Assembly (NCBI RefSeq): GCF_963921235.1
Contig: NC_086098.1
Location: 1,240,001 to 1,304,000, forward strand
Length of the DNA stretch: 64,000 nucleotides
Direction of reading: 5' to 3'
From: Mobula hypostoma
Taxonomy: Eukaryota
Every line of letters begins with the position of its first letter. Position 1 is the stretch's first letter. The notes beneath the pieces are model-generated. The model was not told where the DNA came from. It ran no database searches and saw only the letters and a list, made by a program, of their open reading frames with translations. Shown here piece by piece: positions 1 to 15,100 of this stretch. The position numbers and the translations under genes were made by a program.

Positions 1-3000
1 CTCTCATTACCCACCTACCCTCTCCGTATACTCTCAATACCCACCTACCCTCTCCGTACACTCTCAATACCCAGCTACCCTCTCCTACACTCTCAATACG
101 CAGCTACCCGCTCCGTACACTCTGAATACCCACCTACTCTCTCCGTACACTCTCAATACCCACCTACCCTCTCCACACACTCTCAATACCCACATACGTT
201 CTCATACACTCTGAATACCCACCAACCCACTCCGTACACTCTGAATACCCACCTAAACTCTGTACACTCTCAATACACACCTACCCTCTCTGTAGACTCT
301 CAATACACACCTACCCTCTCCGTACACTCTCAATACCCACCTATCGTCTCCGTGGACTCTCAATACCCACCTACCCTCTCCGTGCACTCACAATACCCAG
401 CTACCCTCTCCGTACACTCTAAATACCCAGCTACCCTCTCCTACACTCTCAATACTCACCTACGCTCTCTGTTCACTCTCAATACCCACCTACCCTCTCT
501 GTACACTCTCAATACCCACCTACCCTCTCCTACACTCTCAATACCCACCTACCCTCTCAGTACACTCTCAATACCCACCTACTCTCTCCGTACACTCTCA
601 ATACCCACCTACCCTCTTGTACACTCTCAATACCCACCTACACTCTCCGTACACTCTCAATACCCACCTATCCTCTCCACACACTCTCAATACCCACATA
701 CCCTCTCATACACTCTCAATATCCAGCTACACTCTCCGTACACTTTCAATACCCACCTACACTCTCCTACACTCTCAATACCCACCTACACGCTCGGTAA
801 ACTCTCAATACCCACCTATGCTCTCCACACACTCTCAATACCCACATACCCTCTCATACACTCTCAATACCCAGCTACCCTCTCACGTACACTCTCAATA
901 CTCACCTACCCTCTCCGTACACTCTCAATACCCACCTACCCTCTCCGTACACTCTCAATACCCACCTACCCTCTCCGTACACTCTCAATACACACCTACC
1001 CTCTCGACACAATCTCAATAACCACATACCCTCTCATACACTCTCAATAACCATCTAATCTCCGTACACTCTCAATACCCACCTACCGTCTTCGTGCACT
1101 CTCAATATCCTCCTACTCTCTCCGTACACTCTCAATACTCACCTCCCCTCTGCGTACACTCTCAATACCCACCTTCCCGCTCCGTACACTCTCAATACCC
1201 AGCTACCCTCTCCGTACATTCTCAAAACCCACCTACCCTCTCCGTGCACTCTCAATACCCACCTACCCTCTCCGTGCACTCTCAATACCCATCTACCCTC
1301 TCCGTACACTCTCAATACCCAGCTACCCTCTCGGTACACTCTAAATACCCAGCTACCCTCTCCTACACTCTCAATACTCACCTACCCTCTCTGTACACTC
1401 TCAATACCCACCTACCCTCTCTGTACACTCTCAATACCCACCTACCCTCTCCGTACACACTCAATACCCACCTACACTCTCTGTAAACTCTCAATACCCA
1501 CCTACCCTCACAGTACACTCTCAATATCAACCTATCCTCTCCATACACTCGCAATACCCACCTACCCTCTCCGTGCAGTCTCAATACACACCGACCCTGT
1601 CCGTACACTCTCAATACCCACCTAACCTCTCGTAACTCTCAATACCTACCTACACTCTCGGTACACTCTCAAAACCCACCTACCGTCTCCACACACTCTC
1701 AACACCCACATACCCTCTCATACACTCTCAATACCCACCTACCCTCGCCGTACACTCTCAATACCCACCTACCCTCTCGTACACTCTCAATACCCAACTA
1801 CCCTCTCGTACACTCTCAATACCCACCTACACTCTCCGTACACTCAATTCCTCTCCACGCACTCTCAATACCCACATACCCTCTCATACACTCTCAATAC
1901 CCAGCTACCCTCTCCGTACACTCTCAATACCCACCTACACTCTCCGTAAACTCTCAATACCCACCGATCCTCTCCACACACTGGCAATACCCACATACCC
2001 TCTCCGTACACTCTCAATACCCAGCTACCCTCTCCTACACTCTCAATACCCACCTACCATCTCCGTACACTCTCAATACCCACCTATTCTCTCTGGACCC
2101 TCTCCGTATACTCTCAATACCCACCTACCCTCTCCGTACACTCTCAATACCCACCTACCCTCTCCGAACACTCTGAATACCCACCTAAACTCTGTACACT
2201 CTCAATACACACCTACCCTCTCTGTACACTCTCAATACACACCTACCCTCTCCGTACACTCTCAATACCCACCTATCGTTTCCGTGCACTCTCAATACCC
2301 ACCTACACTCTCCGTACACTCTCAATACCCAGCTACCCTCTCCGTACACTCTAAATACCCAGCTACCCTCTCCTACACTCTCAATACTCACCTACCCTCT
2401 CTGTACACTCTTAATACCCACCTACCCTCTCTGTACACTCTCAATACCCAGCTACCCTCTCCTACACTCTCAATACCCACCTACCCTCTCCGTACACTCT
2501 CAATACCCACCTACTCTCTCCGTACACTCTCAATACACACCTACCCTCTCCGTACACTCTCAATACACACCTACCCTCTCCGTACACTCTCAATACCAAC
2601 CTACCCTCTCCGTACACTCTCAATACCCACCAACAATCTCCGTACACTCTCAAAACCCACCTACCCTCTCCGTACACAGTCAATACCGACCTACACTCTG
2701 TGTAAACTCTCAATACCCACCTACCCTCACCGTACACTCTCAATATCAACCTACCCTCTCCATACACACTCAATACCCACCTACCCTCTCCGTGCAGTCT
2801 CAATACGCACTGACCTTCTCCGTACACTCTCAATACCCACCTAACCTCTCGTACACTCTCAATACCTACCTACACTCTCTGTACACTCTCAAAACCCACC
2901 AACTGTCTCCACACACTCTCAATACCCACATACCCTCTCATACACTCTTAATACCCACCGACCATCTCCGTACATTCTCAATACCCACCTACCCTCTCGT

Positions 3001-6000
3001 ACACTCTCAATACCCACCTACACTCTCCGTACACTCTCAATACCCACTTATCCTCTCCACACACTCTCAATAACCACATACCCTCTCATACACTCTCAAT
3101 ACCCACCTATCCTCTCTGTACACTCTCAATACCCACCTACTCTCTCCGTACACTCTCAATAAACACCTACCCTCTCCGTACACTCTCAATACCCACCTAT
3201 CCTCTCCACACACTCTCAATACCCACATACCCTCTCATACACTCTCAATACCCAGCTACCCTCTCCGTACACTTTCAATACCCACCTACCCTCTCAATAC
3301 CCACCTACACTCTCCGTAAACTCTCAATACCCACCTATGCTCTCCACACACTCTCAATACCCACATACCCTCTCATACACTCTCAATACCCAGCTACCCT
3401 CTCCGTACACTCTCAATACTCACCTACCCTCTCCGTACTCTCTCAATACCCACCCACCCGCTCCGTACACTCTCAATACCCACCTACCCTCTCCGTACAC
3501 TCTCAATACCCACCTACCCTCTCCACACAATCTCAATAACCACATACCCTCTCATACACTCTCAATACCTAGCTACCCTCTCCATACACTCTCAATACCC
3601 ACCTACTCTCTCCGTACACTCTCAATACCCACCTACCCTCTCCGAACACTCTCAATACCGACCTACCCTCTCCGTGCACTCTCAGTACCCACCTACCCCG
3701 TCCGTACACTCTCAATACTCACCTACCCTCTCCGTACACTCTCAATACCCACCTACCCGCTCCGTACACTCTCAATACCCAGCTACCCTCTCCGTACACT
3801 CTCAATACCCACCTACCCTCTCCGTACACTCTCAATACCCAGCTACCCTCTCCGTACACTGTAAATACCCAGCTACCCTCTCCTACACTCTCAATACTCA
3901 CCTACCCTCTCTGTACACTCTCAATACCCACCTACCCTCTCCGTACACTCTCGATACCCAGCTACCCTCTCCTACACTCTCAATACCCACCTACCCTCTC
4001 CGTACACTCTCAATACCCACCTACTCTCTCCGTACACTCTCAATACACACCTACTATCTCCGTACACTCTCAATACCCACCTACCCTCTCCTTACACTCT
4101 CAATACCCACCAACAATCTCCGTACACTCTGAGTACCCACCTACCGCCTCCGTACACTCTCATTACCCACCTACCCTCTCCGTACACACTCAATACCCAC
4201 CTACACTCTCTGTAAACTCTCAATACCCACCTACCCTCACCGTACACTCTCAATACCCACCTGCACTCTCCGTGCACTCTCAATATCCACCTATCCTCTC
4301 CACGCACTCTCTATACCCACATACCCTCTCATACACTCTCAATACCCACCTACCCTCTCCGTACACTCTCAATACCCACCTACTCTCTCCGTACACTCTC
4401 AATAAACACCTACCCTCTCAGTACACTCGCAATACCCACCTATCCTCTCCACACACTGTCAATACCCACGTACCCTCTCATACACTCTCAATACCCAGCT
4501 ACCCTCTCCGTACACTCTCAATACCTACCTACCCTCTCCTACACGCTCAATACCCACCTACACTCTCCGTAAACTCTCAATACCCACCTACCCTCTCCGT
4601 ACAGTCTCAATACCCACCAACAATCTCCGTACACTCTCAGTACCCACCAACCCTCTCCGTACACTCTCATTACCCACCTACCCTCTCCGTATACTCTCAA
4701 TACCCACCTACTCTCTCCGTACACTCTCAATACCCAGCTGCCCACTCCTACACTCTCAATACCCAGCTACCCGCTCCGTACACTCTCAATACCCACCTAC
4801 TCTCTCCGTATACTCTCAATACCCACCTACCCTCTCCACACACTCTCAATACCCACATACCCTCTCATACACTCTCAATACCCACCTACCCACTCCGTAC
4901 ACTCTCAATACCCACCTAAACTCTGTACACTCTCAATACACACCTACCCTCTCTGTACACTCTCAATACACACCTACACTCTCCGTACACTCTCAATACC
5001 CACCTATCGTCTCCGTGCACACTCAATACCCACCTACCCTCTCCGTACACACACAATACCCAGCTACCCTCTCCGTACACTCTAAATACCCAGCTACCCT
5101 CTCCTATACTCTCAATACTCACCTACGCTCTCTGTTCACTCTCAATACCCACCTACCCTCTCTGTACACTCTCAATACCCACCTACCCTCTCCTACACTC
5201 TCAATACCCACCTACCCTGTCAGTACACTCTCAATTCCCACCTACTCTCTCCGTACACTCTGAATACACACCTACCCTCTCCGTACACTCTGAATACACA
5301 CCTACCCTCTCCGTACACTCTCAATACCCACCTACCCTCTCCGTACACTCTCAATGCCCACCAACAATCTCCGTACACTCTCAGTACCTACCTACCCTCT
5401 CCGTACACTCTCAATACCCACCTACCCTCTCCGTACACACTCAATACCGACCTACACTCTCTGTAATCTCTCAATACCCACCTACCCTCACCGTACACTC
5501 TCAATATCAACCTACCCTCTCCATACACTCTCAATACACACCTACACTCTCCGTGCAGTCTCAATACGCACTGACCTTCTCCGTACACTCTCAATACCCA
5601 CCTACCCTCTCGTACACTCTCAATACCCACCTACACTCTCCGTACACTCTCAATACCCACCTATGCTCTCCACACACTCTCAATACCCACATACCCTCTC
5701 ATACACTCTCAATACCCAGCTACCCTCTCACGTACACTCTCAATACTCACCTACCCTCTCCGTACACTCTCAATACCCACCTACCCTCTCCGTACACTCT
5801 CAATACCCACCTACCCTCTCCGTACACTCTCAATACACACCTAACCTCTCGACACAATCTCAATAACCACATACCCTCTCATACACTCTCAATACCTAGC
5901 TACCCTCTCCATACACTCTCAATAACCATCTAATCTCCGTACACTCTCAATACCCACCTACCCTCTTCATGCACTCTCAATACCCACCTACTCTCTCCGT

Positions 6001-9000
6001 ACACTCTCAATAATCACCTACCCTCTGCGTACACTCTCAATACCCACCTACCCGCTCCGTACACACTCAATACCCAGCTACCCTCTCCGTACATTCTCAA
6101 TACCCACCTACCCTCTCGGTGCACTCTCAATACCCACCTACCCTCTCCGTGCACTCTCAATACGCACCTACCCTCTCCGTTCACTCTCAATACCCAGCTA
6201 CCCTCTCGGTACACTCTAAATACCCAGCTACCCTCTCCTACACTCTCAATACTCACCTACCCTCTCTGTACACTCTCAATACCCACCTACCATCTCTGTA
6301 CACTCTCAATACCCACCTACCCTCTCCGTACACTCTCAATACCCAGCTACCCTCATCTACACTCTCAATACCCACCTACCCTCTCCGTACACTCTCAATA
6401 CCCACCAACAATCTCCGTACACTCTCAGTACCCACCTACCCTCTCCGTACACTCTCATTACCCACCTACCCTCTCCGTACACACTCAATACCCACCTACA
6501 CTCTCTGTAAACTCTCAATACCCACCTACCCTCACCGTACACTCTCAATATCAACCAATCTTCTCCATACACTCGGAATACCCACCTACCCTCTCCGTGC
6601 AGTCTCAATAGACACCGACCCTGTCCGTACACTCTCAATACCCACCTAACCTGTCGTAACTCTCAATACCTACCTACACTCTCGGTACACTCTCAAAACC
6701 CACCTACCTTCTCCACACACTCTCAACACCCACATACCCTCTCATACACTCTCAATACCCACCTACCCTCTCCGTACACTCTCAATACCCACCTACCCTC
6801 TCGTACACTCTCAATACCCAACTACCCTCTCGTGCACTCTCAATACCCACCTACACTCTCCGTACACTCAATTCCTCTCCACGCACTCTCAATACCCACA
6901 TACCCTCTCATACACTCTCAATACCCAGCTACCCTCTCCGTACACTCTCAATACCCACCTACACTCTCCGTAAACTCTCAATACCCACCTATCCTCTCCA
7001 CACACTCGCAATACCCACGTACCCTCTCATACACTCTCAATACCCAGCTACACTCTCCGTACACTCTCAATACCCACCTACCCTCTCCTACACGCTCAAT
7101 ACCCACCTACACTCTCCGTAAACTCTCAATACCCACCTACCCTCTCCGTACAGTCTCAATACCCACCAACAATCTCCGTACACTCTCAGTACCCACCTAC
7201 CCTCTCCGTACACTCTCATTACCCACCTACCCTCTCCGTATACTCTCAATACCCACCTACCCTCTCCGTACACTCTCAATACCCAGCTACCCACTCCTAC
7301 ACTCTCAATACCCAGCTACCCGCTCCGTACACTCTCAATACCCACCTACTCTCTCCGTACACTCTCAATACCCACCTACCCTCTCCACACACTCTCAATA
7401 CCCACATACCCTCTCATACACTCTCAATACCCACCTACCCACTCCGTACACTCTGAATACCCACCTAAACTCTGTACACTCTCAATACACACCTACCCTC
7501 TCTGTACACTCTCAATACACACCTACACTCTCCGTACACTCTCAATACCCACCTATCGTCTCCGTGCACTCTCAATACCCACCTACCCTCTCCGTACACA
7601 CACAATACCCAGCTACCCTCTCCGTACACTCTAAATACCCAGCTACCCTCTCCTACACTCTCAATACTCACCTACGCTCTCTGTTCACTCTCAATACCCA
7701 CCTACCCTCTCTGTACACTCTCAATACCCACCTACCCTCTCCTACACTCTCAATACCCACCTACCCTCTCAGTACACTCTCAATACCCAACTACTCTCTC
7801 CGTACACTCTCAATACACACCTACCCTCTCCGTACACTCTGAATACACACCTACCCTCTCCGTACACTCTCAATACCCACCTACCCTCTCCGTACACTCT
7901 CAATACCCACCAACAATCTCCGTACACTCTCAGTACCTACCTACCCTCACCGTACACTCTCAATACCCACCTACCCTCTCCGTACACACTCAATACCGAC
8001 CTACACTCTCTGTAATCTCTCAATACCCACCTACCCTCACCGTACACTCTCAATATCAACCTACCCTCTCCATACACTCTCAATACCCACCTACACTCTC
8101 CGTGCAGTCTCAATACGCACTGACCTTCTCCGTACACTCTCAATACCCACCTACCCTCTCGTACACTCTCAATACCCACCTACACTCTCGGTACACTCTC
8201 AATACCCACCTATGCTCTCCACACACTCTCAATACCCACATACCCTCTCATACACTCTCAATACCCAGCTACCCTCTCACGTACACTCTCAATACTCACC
8301 TACCCTCTCCGTACACTCTCAATACCCACCTACCCTCTCCGTACACTCTCAATACCCACCTACCCTCTCCGTACACTCTCAATACACACCTAACCTCTCG
8401 ACACAATCTCAATAACCACATACCCTCTCATACACTCTCAATACCTAGCTACCCTCTCCATACACTCTCAATAACCATCTAATCTCCGTACACTCTCAAT
8501 ACCCACCTACCCTCTTCGTGCACTCTTAATACCCACCTACTCTCTCCGTACACTCTCAATACTCACCTACCCTCTGCGTACACTGTCAATACCCACCTAC
8601 CCGCTCCGTACACACTCAATACCCAGCTACCCTCTCCGTACATTCTCAATACCCACCTACCCTCTCCGTGCACTCTCAATACCCACCTACCCTCTCCGTG
8701 CACTCTAAGTACCCAGCTACCCTCTCCTACACTCTCAATACTCACCTACCCTCTCTGTACACTCTCAATACCCACCTACCCTCTCTGTACACTCTCAATA
8801 CCCACCTACCCTCTCCGTACACTCTCAATACCCAGCTACCCTCTCCTACACTCTCAATACCCACCTACCCTCTCCGTACACTCTCAATACCCACCAACAA
8901 TCTCCGTACACTCTCAGTACCCACCTACCCTCTCCGTACACTCTCATTACCCACCTACCCTCTCCGTACACACTCAATACCCACCTACACTCTCTGTAAA

Positions 9001-12000
9001 CTCTCAATACCCACCTGCCCTCACCGTACACTCTCAATATCAACCAATCCTCTCCATACACTCGGAATACCCACCTACCCTCTCCGTGCAGTCTCAATAG
9101 ACACCGACCCTGTCCGTACACTCTCAATACCCACCTAACGTGTCGTAACTCTCAATACCTACCTACACTCTCGGTACACTCTCAAAACCCACCTACCTTC
9201 TCCACACACTCTCAACACCCACATACCCTCTCATACACTCTCAATACCTACCTACCCTCTCCGTACACTCTCAATACCCACCTACCCTCTCGTACACTCT
9301 CAATACCCAACTACCCTCTCGTGCACTCTCAATACCCACCTACACTCTCCGTACACTCAATTCCTCTCCACGCACTCTCAATACCCACATACCCTCTCAT
9401 ACACTCTCAATACCCAGCTACCCTCTCCGTACACTCTCAATACCCACCTACACTCTCCGTAAACTCTCAATACCCACCTATCCTCTCCACACACTCGCAA
9501 TACCCACATACCCTCTCCGTACACTCTCAATACCCAGCTACCCTCTCCTACACTCTGAATACCCACCTACCCTCTCCGTACACTCTCAATACCCACCTAT
9601 TCTCTCTTGACCCTCTCCGTATACTCTCAATACCCACCTACCCTCTCCGTACACTCTCAATACCCACCTACCCTCTCCGTACACTCTGAATACCCACCTA
9701 AACTTTGTACACTCTCAATACACACCTACCCTCTCCGTACACTCTCAGTACCCACCTACCCTTCCGTACACTCTCATTACCCACATACCCTCTCCGTACA
9801 CTCTCAGTACCCACCTACACTCTCCGTACATTCTCAATACCCAGCTACCATCTCCAACACTCTCAATACCCAGCTACCCGCTCCGTACACTCTCAATACC
9901 CACCTACTCTCTCCGTACACTCTCAATACCCTCCTACCCTCTCCACACACTCTCAATACCCACATTGGTTCTCATATACTCTCAATACCCACCTACCCAC
10001 TCCGTACACTCTGAATACCCACCTAAACTCTGTACACTCTCAATACACACCTACCCTCTCTGTACACTCTCAATACCCAGCTACCCTCTCCTACACTCTC
10101 AATACCCAGCTACCCTCTCCTACACTCTCAATAACCACCTACCCTCTCCGTACACTCTCAATACCCAACTACTCTCTCCGTACACTCTCAATACACACCT
10201 ACCCTCTCCGTACACTCTCAATACCCACCTACTCTCTCCGTACACTCTCAATACCCACCTACCCTCTCCGTACACAGTCAATACCGACCTACACTCTGTG
10301 TAAACTCTCAATACCCACCGACCCTCACCGTACACTCTCAATATCAACCTACCCTGTCCATACACACTCAATACCCACCTACCCTCTCCGTGCAGTCTCA
10401 ATACGCACTGACCTTCTCCGTACACTCTCAATACCCACCTAACCTGTCGTACACTCTCAATACCTACCTACACTCTCTGTACACTCTCAAAACCCACCAA
10501 CTGTCTCCACACACTCTCAATACCCACATACCCTCTCATACACTCTTAATACCCACCGACCCTCTCCGTACACTCTCAATACCCACCTACCCTCTCGTAC
10601 ACTCTCAATACCCACTACACTCTCCGTACACTCTCAATACCCACTTATCCTTTCCACACACTCTCAATACCCACATACCCTCTCCGTGCAGTCTCAATAC
10701 GCACTGACCTTCTCCGTACACTCTCAATACCCACCTATCCTCTCTGTACACTCTCAATACCCACCTACTCTCTCCGTACACTCTCAATAAACACCTACCC
10801 TCTCCGTACACTCTCAATACCCACCTATCCACTCCACACACTCTCAATACCCACATACCCTCTCATACACTCTCAATACCCAGCTACCATCTCCGTACAC
10901 TCTCAATACTCACCTACCCTCTCCGTACTCTCTCAATACCCACCTACCCGCTCCGTACACTCTCAATACCCACCTACCCTCTCCGTGCACTCTCAATACC
11001 CACCTACCCTCTCCACACAATCTCAATAACCACATACCCTCTCATACACTCTCAATAACTAGCTACCATCTCCATACACTCTCAATACCAACCTACTCTC
11101 TCCGTACACTCTCAATACCCACCTACCCTCTCCGTACACTCTCAATACCGACCTACCCTCTCCGTGCACTCTCAATACCCACCTACCCCCTCTGTACACT
11201 CTCAATACTCACCTACCCTCTCCGTACACTCTCAATACTCACCTACCCGCTCCGTACACTCTCAATACCCAGCTACCCTCTCCGTACACTCTCAATACCC
11301 ACCTACCCTCTCCGTACACTCTCAATACCCAGCTACCCACTCCGTACACTGTAAATACCCAGCTACCCTCTCCTACACTCTCAATACTCACCTACCCTCT
11401 CTGTACACTCTTAATACCCACCTACCCTCTCCGTACACTCTCAATACCCAGCTACCCTCTCCTACACTCTAAATACCCACCTACCCTCTCCGTACACTCT
11501 CAATACCCACCTAGTCTCTCCGTACACTCTCAATACACACCTACTATCTCCGTACACTCTCAATACCCACCTACCCTCTCCGTACACTCTCAATACCCAG
11601 CTAACCTCTCCGTACACTCTCAATACCCACCAACAATCTCCGTACACTCTGAGTACCCACCTACCGTCTCCGTACACTCTCATTACCCACCTACCCTCTC
11701 TGTACACACTCAATACCCACCTACACTCTCTGTAAACTCTCAATACCCACCTACCCTCACCGTACACTCTCAATACCCACCTACATTCTCCGTACACTCT
11801 CAATACCCACCTATCCTCTCCACGCACTCTCAATACCCACATACCCTCTCATACACTTTCAATACCCACCTACCCTCTCCGTACACTCTCAATACCCACC
11901 TACTCTCTCCGTACACTCTCAATAAACACCTACCCTCTCCGTACACTCGCAATACCCACCTATCCTCTCCACACACTGTCAATACCCAGGTACCCTCTCA

Positions 12001-15000
12001 TACACTCTCAATACCCAGCTACCCTCTCCGTACACTCTCAATACCCACCTACCCTCTCCTACACTCTCAATACCCACCTACACTCTCCGTAAACTCTCAA
12101 TACCCACCTATCCTCTCCACACACTCGCAATAACCACATATCCTCTCTGTACACTCTGAATACCCAGCTACCCTCTCCTACACTCTTAATACCCACCTAC
12201 CCTCTCCGTACACTCTCAATACCCATCTACTCTCTCCGTACACTCTCAATACACACCTACCCTCTCTGTACACTCTTAATACCCACCTACCCTCTCCGTA
12301 CACTCTCAATACCCATCTACTCTCTCCGTACACTCTCAATACACACCTACCCTCTCTGTACACTCTCAATATCCACCTACCCTCTCCGTACACTCTCAAT
12401 ACCCACCTACCCTCTCCGTACACTCTCAATACCCACCAACAATCTCCGTACACTCTCAGTACCCAGCTACCCTCTCCTACACTCTCAATACCCACCTACC
12501 CTCTCCGTACACTCTCAATACCCACCAACAATCTCCGTACACTCTCAGTACCCACCTACCCTCTCCGTACACTCTCATTACCCACCTACCCTCTCCGTAC
12601 ACACTCAATACCCACCTACACTCTCTGTAAACTCTCAATACCCACCTACCCTCACCGTACACTCTCAATATCAACCAATCCTCTCCATACACTCAGAATA
12701 CCCACCTACCCTCTCCGTGCAGTCTCAATAGACACCGACCCTGTCAGTACACTCTCAATACCCACCTAACGTGTCGTAACTCTCAATACCTACCTACACT
12801 CTCGGCACACTCTCAAAACCCACCTACCTTCTCCACACACTCTCAACACCCACATACCCTCTCATACACTCTCAATACCCAGCTACCCTCTCGGTACACT
12901 CTAAATACCCAGCTACCCTCTCCTACACTCTCAATACTCACCTACCCTCTCTGTACACTCTCAATACCCACCTACCATCTCTGTACACTCTCAATACCCA
13001 CCTACCCTCTCCGTACACTCTCAATACCCAGCTACCCTCATCTACACTCTCAATACCCACCTACCCTCTCCGTACACTCTCAATACCCACCAACAATCTC
13101 CGTACACTCTCAGTACCCACCTACCCTCTCCGTACACTCTCATTACCCACCTACCCTCTCCGTACACACTCAATACCCACCTACACTCTCTGTAAACTCT
13201 CAATACCCACCTACCCTCACCGTACACTCTCAATATCAACCAATCTTCTCCATACACTCGGAATACCCACCTACCCTCTCCGTGCAGTCTCAATAGACAC
13301 CGACCCTGTCCGTACACTCTCAATACCCACCTAACCTGTCGTAACTCTCAATACCTACCTACACTCTCGGTACACTCTCAAAACCCACCTACCTTCTCCA
13401 CACACTCTCAACACCCACATACCCTCTCATACACTCTCAATACCCACCTACCCTCTCCGTACACTCTCAATACCCACCTACCCTCTCGTACACTCTCAAT
13501 ACCCAACTACCCTCTCGTGCACTCTCAATACCCACCTACACTCTCCGTACACTCAATTCCTCTCCACGCACTCTCAATACCCACATACCCTCTCATACAC
13601 TCTCAATACCCAGCTACCCTCTCCGTACACTCTCAATACCCACCTACACTCTCCGTAAACTCTCAATACCCACCTATCCTCTCCACACACTCGCAATACC
13701 CACGTACCCTCTCATACACTCTCAATACCCAGCTACACTCTCCGTACACTCTCAATACCCACCTACCCTCTCCTACACGCTCAATACCCACCTACACTCT
13801 CCGTAAACTCTCAATACCCACCTACCCTCTCCGTACAGTCTCAATACCCACCAACAATCTCCGTACACTCTCAGTACCCACCTACCCTCTCCGTACACTC
13901 TCATTACCCACCTACCCTCTCCGTATACTCTCAATACCCACCTACCCTCTCCGTACACTCTCAATACCCAGCTACCCACTCCTACACTCTCAATACCCAG
14001 CTACCCGCTCCGTACACTCTCAATACCCACCTACTCTCTCCGTACACTCTCAATACCCACCTACCCTCTCCACACACTCTCAATACCCACATACCCTCTC
14101 ATACACTCTCAATACCCACCTACCCACTCCGTACACTCTCAATACCCACCTAAACTCTGTACACTCTCAATACACACCTACCCTCTCTGTACACTCTCAA
14201 TACACACCTACACTCTCCGTACACTCTCAACACCCACCTATCGTCTCCGTGCACTCTCAATACCCACCTACTCTCTCCGTACACTCTCAATACCCACCTG
14301 CCCTCTCCGTGCACTCTGAATACCCACCTACCCTCTCCGTGCACTCTCAATACGCAGCTACCCTCACCGTACACTCTCAATACCCACCTACCCTCTCCGT
14401 GCACTCTCAATACCCACCTACCCTCTCGTGCACTCTCAATACCCACCTACCCTCTCCGTGCACTCTCAATACCCACCTACACTCACCGTACACTCTGAAC
14501 ACCCACCTACCCTCTCGTACACTCTCAATACCCACCTACCCTCTCATTCACTCTGAGTTGGATGATCAGCCCTGATCATAATAAATGGTGGTGCAGGCTC
14601 GAAGGGCCGAATGACCTAATCCTGCACCTATTTTCTAATACCCACCTACCCTCTCCGTACACTCTCAATACCTACCTACCCTCTCCATACACTCTCAATA
14701 CCCACCTACCCTCTCCGTACACTCTCAATACCCACCTACCCTCTCCATATAGTCTCAATCCCCACCTACCCTCTCCGTACGCTCTGAATACCCACCTACC
14801 CTCTCCGTACACTCTGAATACCCACCAACAATCTCCGTACACTCTCAATACCCACCTACCCTCTCCGTACACGCTCAATACCCATCTACCCTCTCTGTAC
14901 ACTCTCAATACCCACTTACCCTCTCATACACTCTCAATACCCACCTACCCTCTCCATACACTCTCAATACCCACCTACCCTCTCATACACTCTCAATAAC

Positions 15001-15100
15001 CACCTACCCTCTCCGTGCACTCTCAATACGCACGTACCCTCTCTCTAAAGTCTTAATACTCACCTACCCTCTGAGTACCCTCTCAATACTCACCTACCTT
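1..15100. repeat. Large 30-bp tandem minisatellite/satellite array (~500 units, continues beyond left edge)
   Basis: Consensus unit CCCACCTACCCTCTCCGTACACTCTCAATA repeats head-to-tail with point variants and 29-bp variants. The 10-aa periodicity of every ORF translation (HSQYPPTLSV / YTLNTHLPSP / RTLSIPTYPL) reflects the unit length. Confidence 0.98.
14552..14637 (+). mobile_element. CR1 LINE 3'-UTR stub inside the minisatellite
   Basis: TCTGAGTTGGATGATCAGCCCTGATCATAATAAATGG...CCTGCACCTATTTTCTA is nearly identical to the CR1 3' UTR at 22359-22444. Confidence 0.9.

Noticed and set aside
1..15100. CRISPR array
   Set aside because: The units are contiguous with no unique spacers, there are no cas genes, and the context is vertebrate.
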